A stretch of 64,000 bases of DNA, taken from positions 512,001-576,000 of the forward strand of contig CAVPLM010000005.1 in NCBI GenBank assembly GCA_963706025.1, given 5' to 3'. The DNA comes from an uncultured Actinomycetes bacterium. Its GTDB lineage: Bacteria; Actinomycetota; Thermoleophilia; RBG-16-64-13. A program made the position numbers and the translations under genes. Each line of letters opens with the position of its first letter. Positions within the stretch are counted from its first letter, which is position 1. Positions 39,541 through 49,125 of the stretch are shown here, in pieces. The notes beneath the pieces were generated by a model, which saw only the letters and a list, made by a program, of their open reading frames with translations, made no database searches and had not been told where the DNA came from.

Positions 39541-39584
39541 GCCGATCGCACCCTGTCGGCAAAGCGTCATTCTGAAACGAGCTC
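39541..39584 (-). repeat. Partial MITE copy (one end only)
   Basis: 44 nt identical to the reverse complement of 32121-32164. Confidence 0.85.
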
Positions 39585-39702
39585 ATAGGGGAATCTTCCC
39601 GCGCCGCGTCTCAACGCAAACCCTCTGCCTCCGACCGGACGCGCTCTCTGACGGCTCCCGACATTGATGTCGCCGCGTCCTTAGGCCAATATTGCACGCT
39701 GT

Positions 39703-41103
39703 ATGACAACACCCAATGTAGCTCGACCCGCCGCCGACCCCGAGTCGCAGCCTCCGCTCGGTGCCCGTCGCATCCTGAAGACATGGTGGCCGCTCGCCGC
39801 CAGCTGGATACTTATGGGCTTGGAGGGCCCGGTTATCAGTGCGGTCGTATCGCGCTTGGCCGAGCCCAAGACCAACCTGGCCGCATTTGGAGGTCTGCTC
39901 TTCCCCCTGGCGCTGATTATCGAGGCTCCGATCATCATGATGCTGGCCGCTTCCACGGCCCTCTGCCGTGACTGGACCTCGTACTTGAAACTTCGGCGCT
40001 TCATGAATGGTCTTGGCGCCACTCTCACTGCCCTTCACATCATCATGGTCGCTACACCCGTGTACTACCTGCTGGCGCGCGATGTCATCCACGCGCCGGA
40101 AGAGATCATCGAGCCGGCCCGTGTAGGCCTGTTCATCATGATCCCCTGGACCTGGTCCATCGCATATCGTCGCTTTCATCAGGGAGTGCTTATCCGATTC
40201 GGGCACTCACTGAAGGTGGGGCTGGGTACAGCGGTGCGACTCGCCGCAGACGTTACGGTGCTGGCCGTCTGCTACTTCGTGGGCGGCGTTCCCGGTATCG
40301 CTGTTGCGGCCGGCGCTCTCGTGGCGGGGGTATTGACCGAAGCCCTCTACGTTCATCTCGTCGTGCAGAAAACCCTGAGAGACGAATTGAAGCCCGCTCC
40401 CAGGTTGGGGAGACCGCTCTCCACCAAAGCAATGCTCGACTTCTACATCCCGCTCTCCCTGACCCAGCTACTCGTCATCGTCGCCAGTCCGATCGGTAGC
40501 GCAGCCATGAGCCGCATGCCGCTCGCGCTCGAGTCACTCGCGGCTTGGCCGGTGGTGAGTGGGGTCAATTTCATATTCCGCGGCTTCGGCGGCGCTTACA
40601 ACGAGGTCGTCGTGGCCCTCATCGAGGAGAAGCGAGCCATGCGGGCGATGCGTCGCGTCGCCCTCGGCCTGGGGGTGGCGGCCACCGCCGCCCTCATGAT
40701 CCTGATGGTCCCCCCGATCGCGGAAGCCATCTTCGAGGATCTCCTCCACCTGGCCGAGCCTCTGCCGTCGATGGTGTGGCAGAGCCTCTTCATCCTCCTG
40801 CCCATGCCGGCCATAGCCGTGGCGGAGAGCTATTTCCAAGGCGCGATACTCTACAGCAGGCGTACCCGCAGCATCACGGAATCGGTCGGCATGTTCCTGG
40901 GGCTCGCCACCCTCATACTGCTCGGCGGGGTACTCTGGGGCGCAGTGACCGGGCTGTATGTCGCACTGTTCGCTTTCCTGGCGGGCGAACTGCTCCGCAC
41001 CTTGTGGCTCTGGATCCGCAGCCGGGCAGTGCGCCGCGACCTCAACGCCGCCATGACTCCTCCCGCGCGATATCCCTCGCCCGGCATCGCCGATCGGCTC
41101 TAG
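39703..41103 (+). CDS. Multi-TM MATE/MOP-like membrane transporter
   Basis: About 12 hydrophobic segments in two internal repeats (WPLAAS../IPLSLT..; LAAF../LAAW..). Confidence 0.7.
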   Translation: MTTPNVARPAADPESQPPLGARRILKTWWPLAASWILMGLEGPVISAVVSRLAEPKTNLAAFGGLLFPLALIIEAPIIMMLAASTALCRDWTSYLKLRRFMNGLGATLTALHIIMVATPVYYLLARDVIHAPEEIIEPARVGLFIMIPWTWSIAYRRFHQGVLIRFGHSLKVGLGTAVRLAADVTVLAVCYFVGGVPGIAVAAGALVAGVLTEALYVHLVVQKTLRDELKPAPRLGRPLSTKAMLDFYIPLSLTQLLVIVASPIGSAAMSRMPLALESLAAWPVVSGVNFIFRGFGGAYNEVVVALIEEKRAMRAMRRVALGLGVAATAALMILMVPPIAEAIFEDLLHLAEPLPSMVWQSLFILLPMPAIAVAESYFQGAILYSRRTRSITESVGMFLGLATLILLGGVLWGAVTGLYVALFAFLAGELLRTLWLWIRSRAVRRDLNAAMTPPARYPSPGIADRL

Positions 41104-41129
41104 CTTTGGCGCTCGCGGGGCCAGAGGTC

Positions 41130-41651
41130 CTAGCAGATGCTCCCTGGGTCTTCCAGGGCGCGTTTCCAACGTTCGATGTGACCGTACTCATCGGCCTGGT
41201 CCTTCTCGACGAACACCCTGGTCTCGTCATCCCACTCGACACCGGCGAGCAGCTCGGTGTAGTGGTGCACGGCCTTGGTCTCTACCCATATGCCGGTCTT
41301 CAGGATGCGACGCGTGCCGAGTAGCCGTGAACCCAGCCCGAACACGTATCCGACCATCCAGTACATCCAGCGCATCTTGCTGGGCTTGAAACCGTACTCG
41401 TAGAGCTTGGTCTGGAAATCCTGCGCGTGGGTCATCTCATTGCACATAGCGGCGGTGAGTTGCGTGTTGAGTGCGCAGTCCTTCGAGGTGATCTGGCACT
41501 TGTAGATATTGGTGGCCATGATCTCCAAGGTGTGCAGTGCGCGCAGCCCCTTCTTGAGACCAGCCTTCCGACCGGGACTGAAGCCTTGCCCTCGGGACTT
41601 CACCTGCTCGGCCCGCATCTCAGGCCGGATGACGGAGATATCGTAGGCCAT
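41130..41651 (-). CDS. Ferritin-like di-iron protein (COQ7/DMQ hydroxylase-like)
   Basis: E.MA..IY..Q, NEMTH, VETKAVHHY, DEYGH di-iron motifs. Confidence 0.75.
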   Translation of the reverse strand: MAYDISVIRPEMRAEQVKSRGQGFSPGRKAGLKKGLRALHTLEIMATNIYKCQITSKDCALNTQLTAAMCNEMTHAQDFQTKLYEYGFKPSKMRWMYWMVGYVFGLGSRLLGTRRILKTGIWVETKAVHHYTELLAGVEWDDETRVFVEKDQADEYGHIERWKRALEDPGSIC

Positions 41652-41789
41652 CGGTTCGTCCTCCATTCCGCGTAGTACTCTGCCGGCCGCCGTGCGGAGA
41701 CCTACTCGCTGCTTACCCGGCAGGGACAAGTTCTATGCGCCCGACGTACCCAAGGGTAAACCTTGCGCGAGCGGCACGTAGGGCTGCGT

Positions 41790-41963
41790 TCAGCCGTTCG
41801 TCTTGAGTGGAGGTGACTTCTTGTCAAGAAGGGCGCGTCTTCGGGCCTGTTCCTCCTCGAGACGCTCAGCCTGCTCTTCGAGCTCGTCCAGTTCCTTCTG
41901 GAGGATCTGTTCCTCTCTGATGTCCTCCTGGATCGCGCTTCGGTCCTCTTCGATCTCCTGCAT
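41790..41963 (-). CDS. Small acidic coiled-coil protein (57 aa)
   Basis: AAGGAG RBS, Glu/Gln-rich heptads, GC3-biased codons. Confidence 0.55.
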   Translation of the reverse strand: MQEIEEDRSAIQEDIREEQILQKELDELEEQAERLEEEQARRRALLDKKSPPLKTNG

Positions 41964-42172
41964 GGCGACTGCACTCCTTGCGCGTGAGTGTTTCACGCCC
42001 CATCTTCCCAAAAGAGGGCTCCCCGACACCATCCTGTGCTGGGGAAATCGCGGCAGGCGCCCGGGGGTGGTCTCGTCGGTTGAAGTGCAGTTGCGGCAAC
42101 GCCCGGTCCGGGAGTATTCTCTCTAAGCTCTCTGGAATTCGCCAGCCGACCCTCAAGGAGGATCCCGAAGGC

Positions 42173-42883
42173 ATGGAATGCCCACACTGCCGGGCGGAGT
42201 TGAACGCGAAGACCCACGTTTTTGCCCTGGGAGAGGATCCAGACGGCTCGTGGCAGGTCTCAAACACCCGGTGTCCCACCTGTGATCGACTCGTAGTCAG
42301 CTTATGCACGAAAGACGGATGCACTTACCCAATCCGGCCGTTGTCCTCGACGAGGGCGCGACTGAGTGATGACGTGCCGGCCGAGTACGCGGATGACTAT
42401 CATTCCGCCTCTCAGATCATCTTCTACAGTCCCGAAGCCTCAGCTGCCATCAGCCGGCGCTCGCTGCACCGCTTCCTGGCCGCCAAGGTGCACGCCGGAC
42501 ACGGTGGGCTGGCCGACCAGATCCGCCAGGCTGGTCTTGCTCCCGACCTGCCGGCCTACTTGAAGCAGGCCCTCCAAATGGTGGCCACTGTGGCCAAGCT
42601 GGAGCCGGATTCCGTCAAGAGCCTGCGGCCCGAGGCGCTCGCGCCGGTGGAGCCTGGAGAGGCCGATTGGCTGCTGGACGTCCTGGAACCGCTTTTCGAT
42701 CTCTACTTCGTGCAGCCGGCCCTTATGCAGCGCAAACAGGACTCTATGGAGGAGAAGACCGCTCCGCCTGCGCCGCCTGCGCCCTCCTCTGAGACCGTTC
42801 CCGCAGCCCCAGCTGCTGGAGACCAGGCGGCGACCCTGGAAACCGATGCCGAAACTCGGCCTGCCCTCGGCACGGCCACGTAG
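42173..42883 (+). CDS. Zn-ribbon plus DUF4145 (HEPN-like) protein
   Basis: CPHC..CPTC, VP..YADDY..A..SP.ASAAISRR.L, EADWLLDVLE.LFD.YFVQPA. Confidence 0.65.
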   Translation: MECPHCRAELNAKTHVFALGEDPDGSWQVSNTRCPTCDRLVVSLCTKDGCTYPIRPLSSTRARLSDDVPAEYADDYHSASQIIFYSPEASAAISRRSLHRFLAAKVHAGHGGLADQIRQAGLAPDLPAYLKQALQMVATVAKLEPDSVKSLRPEALAPVEPGEADWLLDVLEPLFDLYFVQPALMQRKQDSMEEKTAPPAPPAPSSETVPAAPAAGDQAATLETDAETRPALGTAT

Positions 42884-42934
42884 GACACATCCGAGGACCA
42901 AACCGACCCATAAACGGGATCCAAGGAGTTAGAC

Positions 42935-44236
42935 ATGGAGACTGAGATCAACGAACTGAGAGCCCAGGCCTTGCCGCATGGGGTCGCGAGCGCCACGACG
43001 TCGATCATAGCAAGCGCCAACAACGCCACCATCATCGACACGGAGGGCCGGGAGTACATCGACTTCGCCGCCGGCATTGGGACCATGAACGTGGGCCATT
43101 CCCACCCCCGGGTCCTGGCCGCGGCCCATGCGCAGCTGGACCGTTTCGCCCACACCTGCGTCCACATTTTCGGCTATGAGGCTTACATCAGGCTGGCGGC
43201 CAAGATGAACGAGAAGGCCCCCGGTACCTCGCCCAAACGGAGCTACTTCGTCAACTCCGGCGCCGAAGCGGTGGAGAACGCAGTCAAGATCGCCCGTTGC
43301 GCAACGGGACGCCCGGGGATCGTGGCTTTCGACAACGCCTTCCACGGACGCACCAACCTCACCATGGGCCTTACTTCCAAGATCGCCCCCTACAAGAAGA
43401 ATTTCGGCCCCTACACCCCCGAGATCCACCGGATCCCCTATGCCTACTGCTACCGCTGCCCCCTGAACCTCACCTACCCCGCCTGCGGGGTGGAGTGCGC
43501 GGAGTTGCTGCGGCGAGGGTTCGACAACTACTTTCAGGCCGATAAGATCGCCTGCGTGATCGCCGAACCGGTGCAGGGCGAAGGCGGTTTCATAGTGCCA
43601 CCGCCTGAGTATCACAGCAGGCTCAAGGCCATCTGCGAGGAGCAGGGCATCCTTTTCATCGCCGACGAGATCCAGACCGGGTTCGGCCGCACCGGCAGGC
43701 TTTTCGCCATGGAGCACTACGGCGTCGAAGCGGACATCATGACCACCGCCAAGTCGCTGGGGGCCGGGTATCCCATCGCCGGGATCACCGGCAAGGCCGA
43801 AGTCATGGACGCTCCTCATCCAGGGGGCATCGGCGGCACCTTCGGGGGCAACCCGCTGGGCTGTGAGGTCGCCCTCGAGGTGATCGCCATCATGGAAGAG
43901 GAGCGCCTGCCCGAGCGGGCGAACGAGATCGGTCGCCGGGTGAGAGAACGCTTCATCGCCATGCAGCAGCGGTTCCCCGTGATCGGCGACGTACGCGGGT
44001 TGGGGGCCATGATGGCCATGGAACTCGTCGAGGATCGCGACACCAAGAAGCCTGCGACGGACCTGACGAAGGCCTACCGGGCCAAGCTGTTCGAGAACGG
44101 CCTTGCCAACCTCCAGGCGGGGACCTACGACAACGTGATCCGCACCCTCATGCCCCTCACCATCGAGTGGGAGACGCTGCAGCGCGGTCTCGACATCATG
44201 GAGGAGACCCTCGCCCAGGTGACGGCAGCTTCGTGA
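42935..44236 (+). CDS. gabT: 4-aminobutyrate aminotransferase (class III)
   Basis: IDFAAGIG, NSGAEAVENAVK, FHGRT, EPVQGEGG, DEIQTGFGRTG, AKSL, GGTFGGNP. Confidence 0.88.
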   Translation: METEINELRAQALPHGVASATTSIIASANNATIIDTEGREYIDFAAGIGTMNVGHSHPRVLAAAHAQLDRFAHTCVHIFGYEAYIRLAAKMNEKAPGTSPKRSYFVNSGAEAVENAVKIARCATGRPGIVAFDNAFHGRTNLTMGLTSKIAPYKKNFGPYTPEIHRIPYAYCYRCPLNLTYPACGVECAELLRRGFDNYFQADKIACVIAEPVQGEGGFIVPPPEYHSRLKAICEEQGILFIADEIQTGFGRTGRLFAMEHYGVEADIMTTAKSLGAGYPIAGITGKAEVMDAPHPGGIGGTFGGNPLGCEVALEVIAIMEEERLPERANEIGRRVRERFIAMQQRFPVIGDVRGLGAMMAMELVEDRDTKKPATDLTKAYRAKLFENGLANLQAGTYDNVIRTLMPLTIEWETLQRGLDIMEETLAQVTAAS

Positions 44237-46065
44237 CCGACACGACCAGGACGAGCGCTCCGGCCGCCAACGCGGGCGCGGGCGCCAACTCGGCCGTCGG
44301 CTCCAGCGCCGGCCGTTCAAGCGCGCGCGACCTCGAACGTAAGTCCTCGGCGGTGACACTCTCCGACATGGAGGTGTTCATCTTCCCTGAGCTGATGTAC
44401 AGCCTCGTGCTGGCCAACATCATGTCTCCCCGCATCTGGGCCTGGCGCGACGATCCTTGGTTCGCCGGCATCGAGAAGCTGACCCCCTACCGGCGTGTCA
44501 CACGGATCAAGCAGTACATCATGGACCACTACGCCTTCAACCTCGACCTCGACACCTGGGGACTCACGGACAAGCAGCGTGAGATCGACCGGTTCAAGGA
44601 CTGCGTGGATCCCGAGGCACTGGCCCAATCCAACGCCTTGTTCGGTTACGAAGGCGACAAGTACTACTTCGACATCGACATCCGCACGCACTTCGGCCTG
44701 GACAAGTACGGGGGCGACGTGATCCCCTACTGGAAGACCGAGACGGTCGAGGCCATGGACGCCTTCCGTCACAAGCCCACGTACTCCTCTGGGGCTGGAG
44801 AATGCGTCTCTTTGGCTACGCTCTATGCGGCCGCCCTGTTCATAGTCGCGCGCATCCCCCTGAGCGACATCTTCCTCATGGCCACGCCACTTCACTCCCA
44901 GAACTTCATCGACACCGGCCAGGGCGTTCTCACCAACAATCGCCGCCTTGTGACCAAGAACATGTGGTTCAACGGCACCGCGCTCTCCGCCCAGGCCCGC
45001 CGCGCCCTGGAGAACGAGCGGGTGACGCTCGTCGCCCACGAGACCGGATACGTACACATACTGTTCCCCGAGGCCACCATCGACCCTGAGGCGTACAAGC
45101 GGTTCGTCGGTAAGCTGCGCCGCTTCCTCCAAACGGCGCTCACCCCGGAGATCCTCGGCAACTTCGTGCGTCACAGCGCCGAGCTCCAGAAGTGCTTCCA
45201 GGTCCGTTGGCGGAACTTCGGCGTCGACCACTACATCGCCATGGAGAGGCTGCTCGCTTACGAGTACGACTGCCCGTTCCGCTTCAACGACGACACTCGC
45301 GAGCGCCTCATGATGGAGGTCGCCGGTGAGGACTTCGAAGCGCAGCCCCTCCCCGACCGCATCGTGCTGGACGACCTGGAAGAACTGGTGCGGCAGAAGC
45401 GGGTTGACATCCGCACCGTCGAGGGCTTCGCTCTTCTGGTCGACCAAGTTGCCGGTTCCTGCTTGAAGGCGCAGGACGCCATCGAGCGATTGCGCGACTT
45501 CTGCTGGACGGAACCGCGGCTCCCAGACGCAACGACCAGGACCTTCGCACGGGACCAGCCCCCACTGGACATCGATCTCGGCATGGAGCGTGCCGAGATC
45601 GTGGCACGGCTCGAATCACTGCGCGAGGCCAACGAACTGGCGGACCTGGCCTTCTATGCCTACCGCGACCTCAACCGCACCGAGGCGGAGCCCTTCCTCA
45701 AGGCGGCCCTCGAACGCTGTCCGGTCTCGATCGCGGCCTGCGCCGGCTTGGACGACGCCGCCGTGGTAGTGGCCGTCGAAGCGCTGGTGGACGAGTCGAT
45801 CTACGACGAGCCCGGACGGCTGGCGCAGCCGGACGAGGTGTGGAACTACGGCCGCGGCGATGGAGCAGAAAAAGCGCTGCTTCTGGCGAACCTATTGCGG
45901 GCCCGACACCCCGAGGCGAAGCTGGCCATCGAGGTCACGCCCGAGTCGGCCACGCTTCGCGCGGCCGCTTTGGACGCCGCGGACGCTCCCACCGCCGGCC
46001 TCCGGACCTACCGTTTCAGCAGCCGCAAACTGCTGCGGGCGCAGACCTGGGACTGCAGCGCATAG
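44233..46065 (+). CDS. Conserved hypothetical protein with a possible transglutaminase-like Cys-His core
   Basis: Long GC3-biased ORF coupled to gabT (GTGA overlap); GAGECVSLATLY...PLHSQNF. Confidence 0.7.
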   Translation: MTDTTRTSAPAANAGAGANSAVGSSAGRSSARDLERKSSAVTLSDMEVFIFPELMYSLVLANIMSPRIWAWRDDPWFAGIEKLTPYRRVTRIKQYIMDHYAFNLDLDTWGLTDKQREIDRFKDCVDPEALAQSNALFGYEGDKYYFDIDIRTHFGLDKYGGDVIPYWKTETVEAMDAFRHKPTYSSGAGECVSLATLYAAALFIVARIPLSDIFLMATPLHSQNFIDTGQGVLTNNRRLVTKNMWFNGTALSAQARRALENERVTLVAHETGYVHILFPEATIDPEAYKRFVGKLRRFLQTALTPEILGNFVRHSAELQKCFQVRWRNFGVDHYIAMERLLAYEYDCPFRFNDDTRERLMMEVAGEDFEAQPLPDRIVLDDLEELVRQKRVDIRTVEGFALLVDQVAGSCLKAQDAIERLRDFCWTEPRLPDATTRTFARDQPPLDIDLGMERAEIVARLESLREANELADLAFYAYRDLNRTEAEPFLKAALERCPVSIAACAGLDDAAVVVAVEALVDESIYDEPGRLAQPDEVWNYGRGDGAEKALLLANLLRARHPEAKLAIEVTPESATLRAAALDAADAPTAGLRTYRFSSRKLLRAQTWDCSA

Positions 46066-46107
46066 CGCCCGGACGACGGCCCCTGGCTCGCACGATCTCC
46101 CCGACAC

Positions 46108-46136
46108 GACGAGAGGGCCCCTGAGGCCCTCTCGTC
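46108..46136. terminator. Hairpin terminator
   Basis: gacgagagggcc-cctga-ggccctctcgtc. Confidence 0.65.
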
Positions 46137-46205
46137 TCCTCGCAGCCTCCCGGCCGGCCGCTGCGGGGCGAAGCCCGGCGGAAGGCCGGCTGCTTCGGCC
46201 GGGTG

Positions 46206-46439
46206 CTACCGGTAGTCCTCCCCGCTGACCATACCCGTGATGGCGTAGACCCCCTCGACCGGCGGCGGGGGCACCACCTTGGCGGCTTCGGCCATGGCGC
46301 CGCGAATCGCGTCGGCATCCTTGGCGTCCCATTCACAATAGAGCCTGCCCTCCTCGGGCACGTACCAACTCCGGACCCAATAGGCGTCGGTGGTGGAATT
46401 CGCCTTCACGGCCCGGGCCAGGGGCGCAGCCGCCTCCAT
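46206..46439 (-). CDS. DUF4242-like small protein, possibly N-terminally truncated
   Basis: WVRSWY..EGRLYCEWDA.DADAIR pattern. Confidence 0.55.
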   Translation of the reverse strand: MEAAAPLARAVKANSTTDAYWVRSWYVPEEGRLYCEWDAKDADAIRGAMAEAAKVVPPPPVEGVYAITGMVSGEDYR

Positions 46440-46591
46440 TCTCCGCGGTAGCGGGCGGCCGTCAAGTAGATTGTTCCAGCCCTAGGTTTGACCGCTTCGA
46501 GTTCATGGAACCATAGCCGAGGGATCGCCGCGCCGCGCGCCAGGCGATCGTTCCGGTAGTGCTCACGAGATGCTCCTAGGAGGTTCTTGGT

Positions 46592-47134
46592 ATGAAGTAC
46601 AGGTGTAGTGTGTGTGGCTACGTTCACGAAGGTGATTCACCCCCGGACAGCTGCCCACAATGCAGGGCGCCCGGTTCGGCCTGCGTCTTGATGACCGAAG
46701 TCGACATGACCTGGGCGGCCGAACACGTGATCGGTATCGCCAAGGACGTCGATGCCCGTGTCATCGAGGGTCTGAAGAACAACTTCAACGGTGAGTGCAC
46801 CGAAGTGGGCATGTATCTGGCTATGTCCCGAGCCGCCGACCGCCAGGGCTACCCTGAAGTGGCCGAAGCCTACAAGCGTATCGCCTACGAGGAGGCGGAC
46901 CACGCCTCCCGGTTCGCGGAGCTTCTGGGTGAAGTGGTCTCTGCCGAGAGCAAGACGAATCTGGAGATGCGGGTCGAGGCTGAATACGGCGCGACCGCGG
47001 GCAAGGTGGAGCTGGCCAAGCTGGCCAAGGAGTTGGGCTACGACGCCATCCACGACACCGTGCACGAGATGGCCAGAGACGAGGCCCGCCACGGCAAGGC
47101 CTTCAAAGGCCTGCTGGAGCGGTACTTCGCCTGA
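46592..47134 (+). CDS. Reverse rubrerythrin / NADH peroxidase
   Basis: N-terminal CSVCGY..CPQC, then [19 protein letters not shown]. Confidence 0.93.
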   Translation: MKYRCSVCGYVHEGDSPPDSCPQCRAPGSACVLMTEVDMTWAAEHVIGIAKDVDARVIEGLKNNFNGECTEVGMYLAMSRAADRQGYPEVAEAYKRIAYEEADHASRFAELLGEVVSAESKTNLEMRVEAEYGATAGKVELAKLAKELGYDAIHDTVHEMARDEARHGKAFKGLLERYFA

Positions 47135-47173
47135 TCCCCCACCCGTCGTCTCGGGTGCGGATAGAGACCTGTG

Positions 47174-47217
47174 ACAGACGGCCCCGGCGGGCGAATCCTC
47201 CCGCCGGGGCCGTCTGT
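47174..47217. terminator. Hairpin between convergent genes
   Basis: acagacggccccggcggg...cccgccggggccgtctgt. Confidence 0.8.
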
Positions 47218-47223
47218 ACGGGC

Positions 47224-48150
47224 TCAATCGAACTCGTCGGATTCCTCGGCCGAGTAAAACAGGTACAGATCGTCCCCCTTGAGGTTCCCCTCGTCCCTGC
47301 TCAGCAGGTGCTTCTCGGCTTGCTCCCGTGCTTGGATGGCCGCTTGTTCCATGACCGCCAGCTTCTCCGGGATCCCGCGTTCGGCGAGAACCGCCTTCGC
47401 GGCGCGGAACAGAGTCCGGCTGCCGTATAGCCAGACTGCCTCATCAAGGATCTTGCAGGGCACCATGTTCTTGAACGTATCGAACTCGGCCTGCTCTTTC
47501 AGACGCTCGAGCGGCTTGATGACGTAGTCGATCTCCTCCCTGATGGAAGGGTTGATCAGGTGCCGGTACTTCTGCTCGTAGATGGCGTCGTCTATTTGCT
47601 GCGCCAACTCGTCCGGCGCCTGGTCATCCATGATGACGACCAGATCGAGATCGGAGCCCCTGACCATCCTACCGGTGCTGCGCTCCGGCCGGGGCGCGTC
47701 ATGACCCATCTCGTAGACGATGTCGCCCGCGAGAAGGACGCAGAAGCGCCCCTCCTCCGAACGCTCGTCTTCGAGAAGACGGCTACCGATGTCGCCGATC
47801 ACCCTCTGGGCCAGCTTCAACTTGGCTGCGCTGATATCCCTTGCGTGGGCGGCAAGCTCTTCGGTCCGCAGGTCCAGCGCGGCGGTGTCACCCGCTAACC
47901 CCACCACTGAGTAGGTGAGGAACTCGCGCAGGATCGACGGTGAGAGTCGGGCGTAGCCTTCGACCTTGTGGTCGAGCCTGAGATATCGCCTGCCCACGCG
48001 TCTGACCACAAGCCGGGTCGACCGCATGCAGGTCTTCCACTGACCGAAACCGTCCTCACCGAGAGCTTCGCGCAATTCGGCCCCGGTCTGGGGACCGCGG
48101 TCCTCCAGCAGCCGGACGATCTTCTCTTCCACCGACTTAGCCTGCGGCAC
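47224..48150 (-). CDS. Hypothetical protein with an N-terminal wHTH-like region and a Pol-beta-type nucleotidyltransferase-like motif
   Basis: GPQTGAEL at the N-terminus; LAGDIV...GSDLDLVVI...EEIDYVIK. Confidence 0.6.
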   Translation of the reverse strand: MPQAKSVEEKIVRLLEDRGPQTGAELREALGEDGFGQWKTCMRSTRLVVRRVGRRYLRLDHKVEGYARLSPSILREFLTYSVVGLAGDTAALDLRTEELAAHARDISAAKLKLAQRVIGDIGSRLLEDERSEEGRFCVLLAGDIVYEMGHDAPRPERSTGRMVRGSDLDLVVIMDDQAPDELAQQIDDAIYEQKYRHLINPSIREEIDYVIKPLERLKEQAEFDTFKNMVPCKILDEAVWLYGSRTLFRAAKAVLAERGIPEKLAVMEQAAIQAREQAEKHLLSRDEGNLKGDDLYLFYSAEESDEFD

Positions 48151-49116
48151 CTACGGGCTGTCGCGCAGGTCGACGATCTCGCAACCCTTGGACTCGGCCT
48201 CCGCGCGGCGCGCAAGCACTTCCGCCGCGGCGGCCTCGTCGAGGACGTAGACCAGATTACCGCCCGCGGCGGCGTACTTCTGCCCGTAGCTGATGGGCAC
48301 GTCGCAGGTCACTTCTCCCAGGACGGACTCCGCGACCGGGCCGGTCTTCCTGCTGCCGTTCGCCAAGAGGACGATGGTGGGCGCCTCGTAGACCAGCTCG
48401 GCGCCCATGGATATCGCGTACCGCGGGCTCTCCTCGATCGAGGGGAAGTGGCCGTCGCGAACGGCGTTGCCCACGGTGCTGTCGTCCAGCTTCACCAGCA
48501 ACACCCGATTGCCCGCAAACGGTATGCCGCTCTCGTGGAAGGCCACGTGCCCCCGGCCTCCGACCCCGACGATGTGGAGATCGATACCGCCGACGGACTT
48601 GATCTTCCGTTCGTATGCATCAAGCACGCTTTCTTTGATCGAGCCCAGGACGCCGCCGGCGCCGTCCTTGATGACGATGGCTTTGCCCTGATCGACCCCC
48701 TGCATCTCATAATCGTCCTGGTACTTGTCGAGAGCCGCGATCAGCTCGTCCTGCTCGACAAGCGTTCCCCAGGGAACATTGGTCTCGGCGAACTTCCGTT
48801 CCAATAGTCCGAACAGTTCCTGCACCATGAAGTAGCTGTAAGACTCGCAGTGAAGGCAGCGTTGCTGGGCGTTCTCCCCTGGGAGACCCACGTACTCGTC
48901 CAGGTTGAAGGTACGGACCCGGCCGGCGTCTATGCCGCCCTGGTTGAACGCTTCGGCCAGGTGTTTGTACAGGCCGGTGGGTGAGTTGCCGGTGGCAAGC
49001 CCGAGAACGTACTCGTCTTTGACCGCCTGCTTCTCCTTGATATCGGCCCCGACGATGTCGGCGGCGACCCGGCTCATCTGGTCGTAATCCCGGGTCACGA
49101 AGATCCTGAAGGCCAT
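48151..49116 (-). CDS. nagB: Glucosamine-6-phosphate deaminase family protein
   Basis: LGLATGNSP, TFNLDEYVGL, GVGGRGHVAFHE, AISMG. Confidence 0.85.
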   Translation of the reverse strand: MAFRIFVTRDYDQMSRVAADIVGADIKEKQAVKDEYVLGLATGNSPTGLYKHLAEAFNQGGIDAGRVRTFNLDEYVGLPGENAQQRCLHCESYSYFMVQELFGLLERKFAETNVPWGTLVEQDELIAALDKYQDDYEMQGVDQGKAIVIKDGAGGVLGSIKESVLDAYERKIKSVGGIDLHIVGVGGRGHVAFHESGIPFAGNRVLLVKLDDSTVGNAVRDGHFPSIEESPRYAISMGAELVYEAPTIVLLANGSRKTGPVAESVLGEVTCDVPISYGQKYAAAGGNLVYVLDEAAAAEVLARRAEAESKGCEIVDLRDSP

Positions 49117-49125
49117 GTCTCTCTC

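Noticed and set aside
37596-39575. 659-aa plus-strand ORF and similar long antisense ORFs (for example 7632-8828, 13375-14757, 42929-44359, 59710-61023)
   Set aside because: They are shadow ORFs opposite well-supported genes, expected in high-GC DNA, and contain no recognisable motifs.
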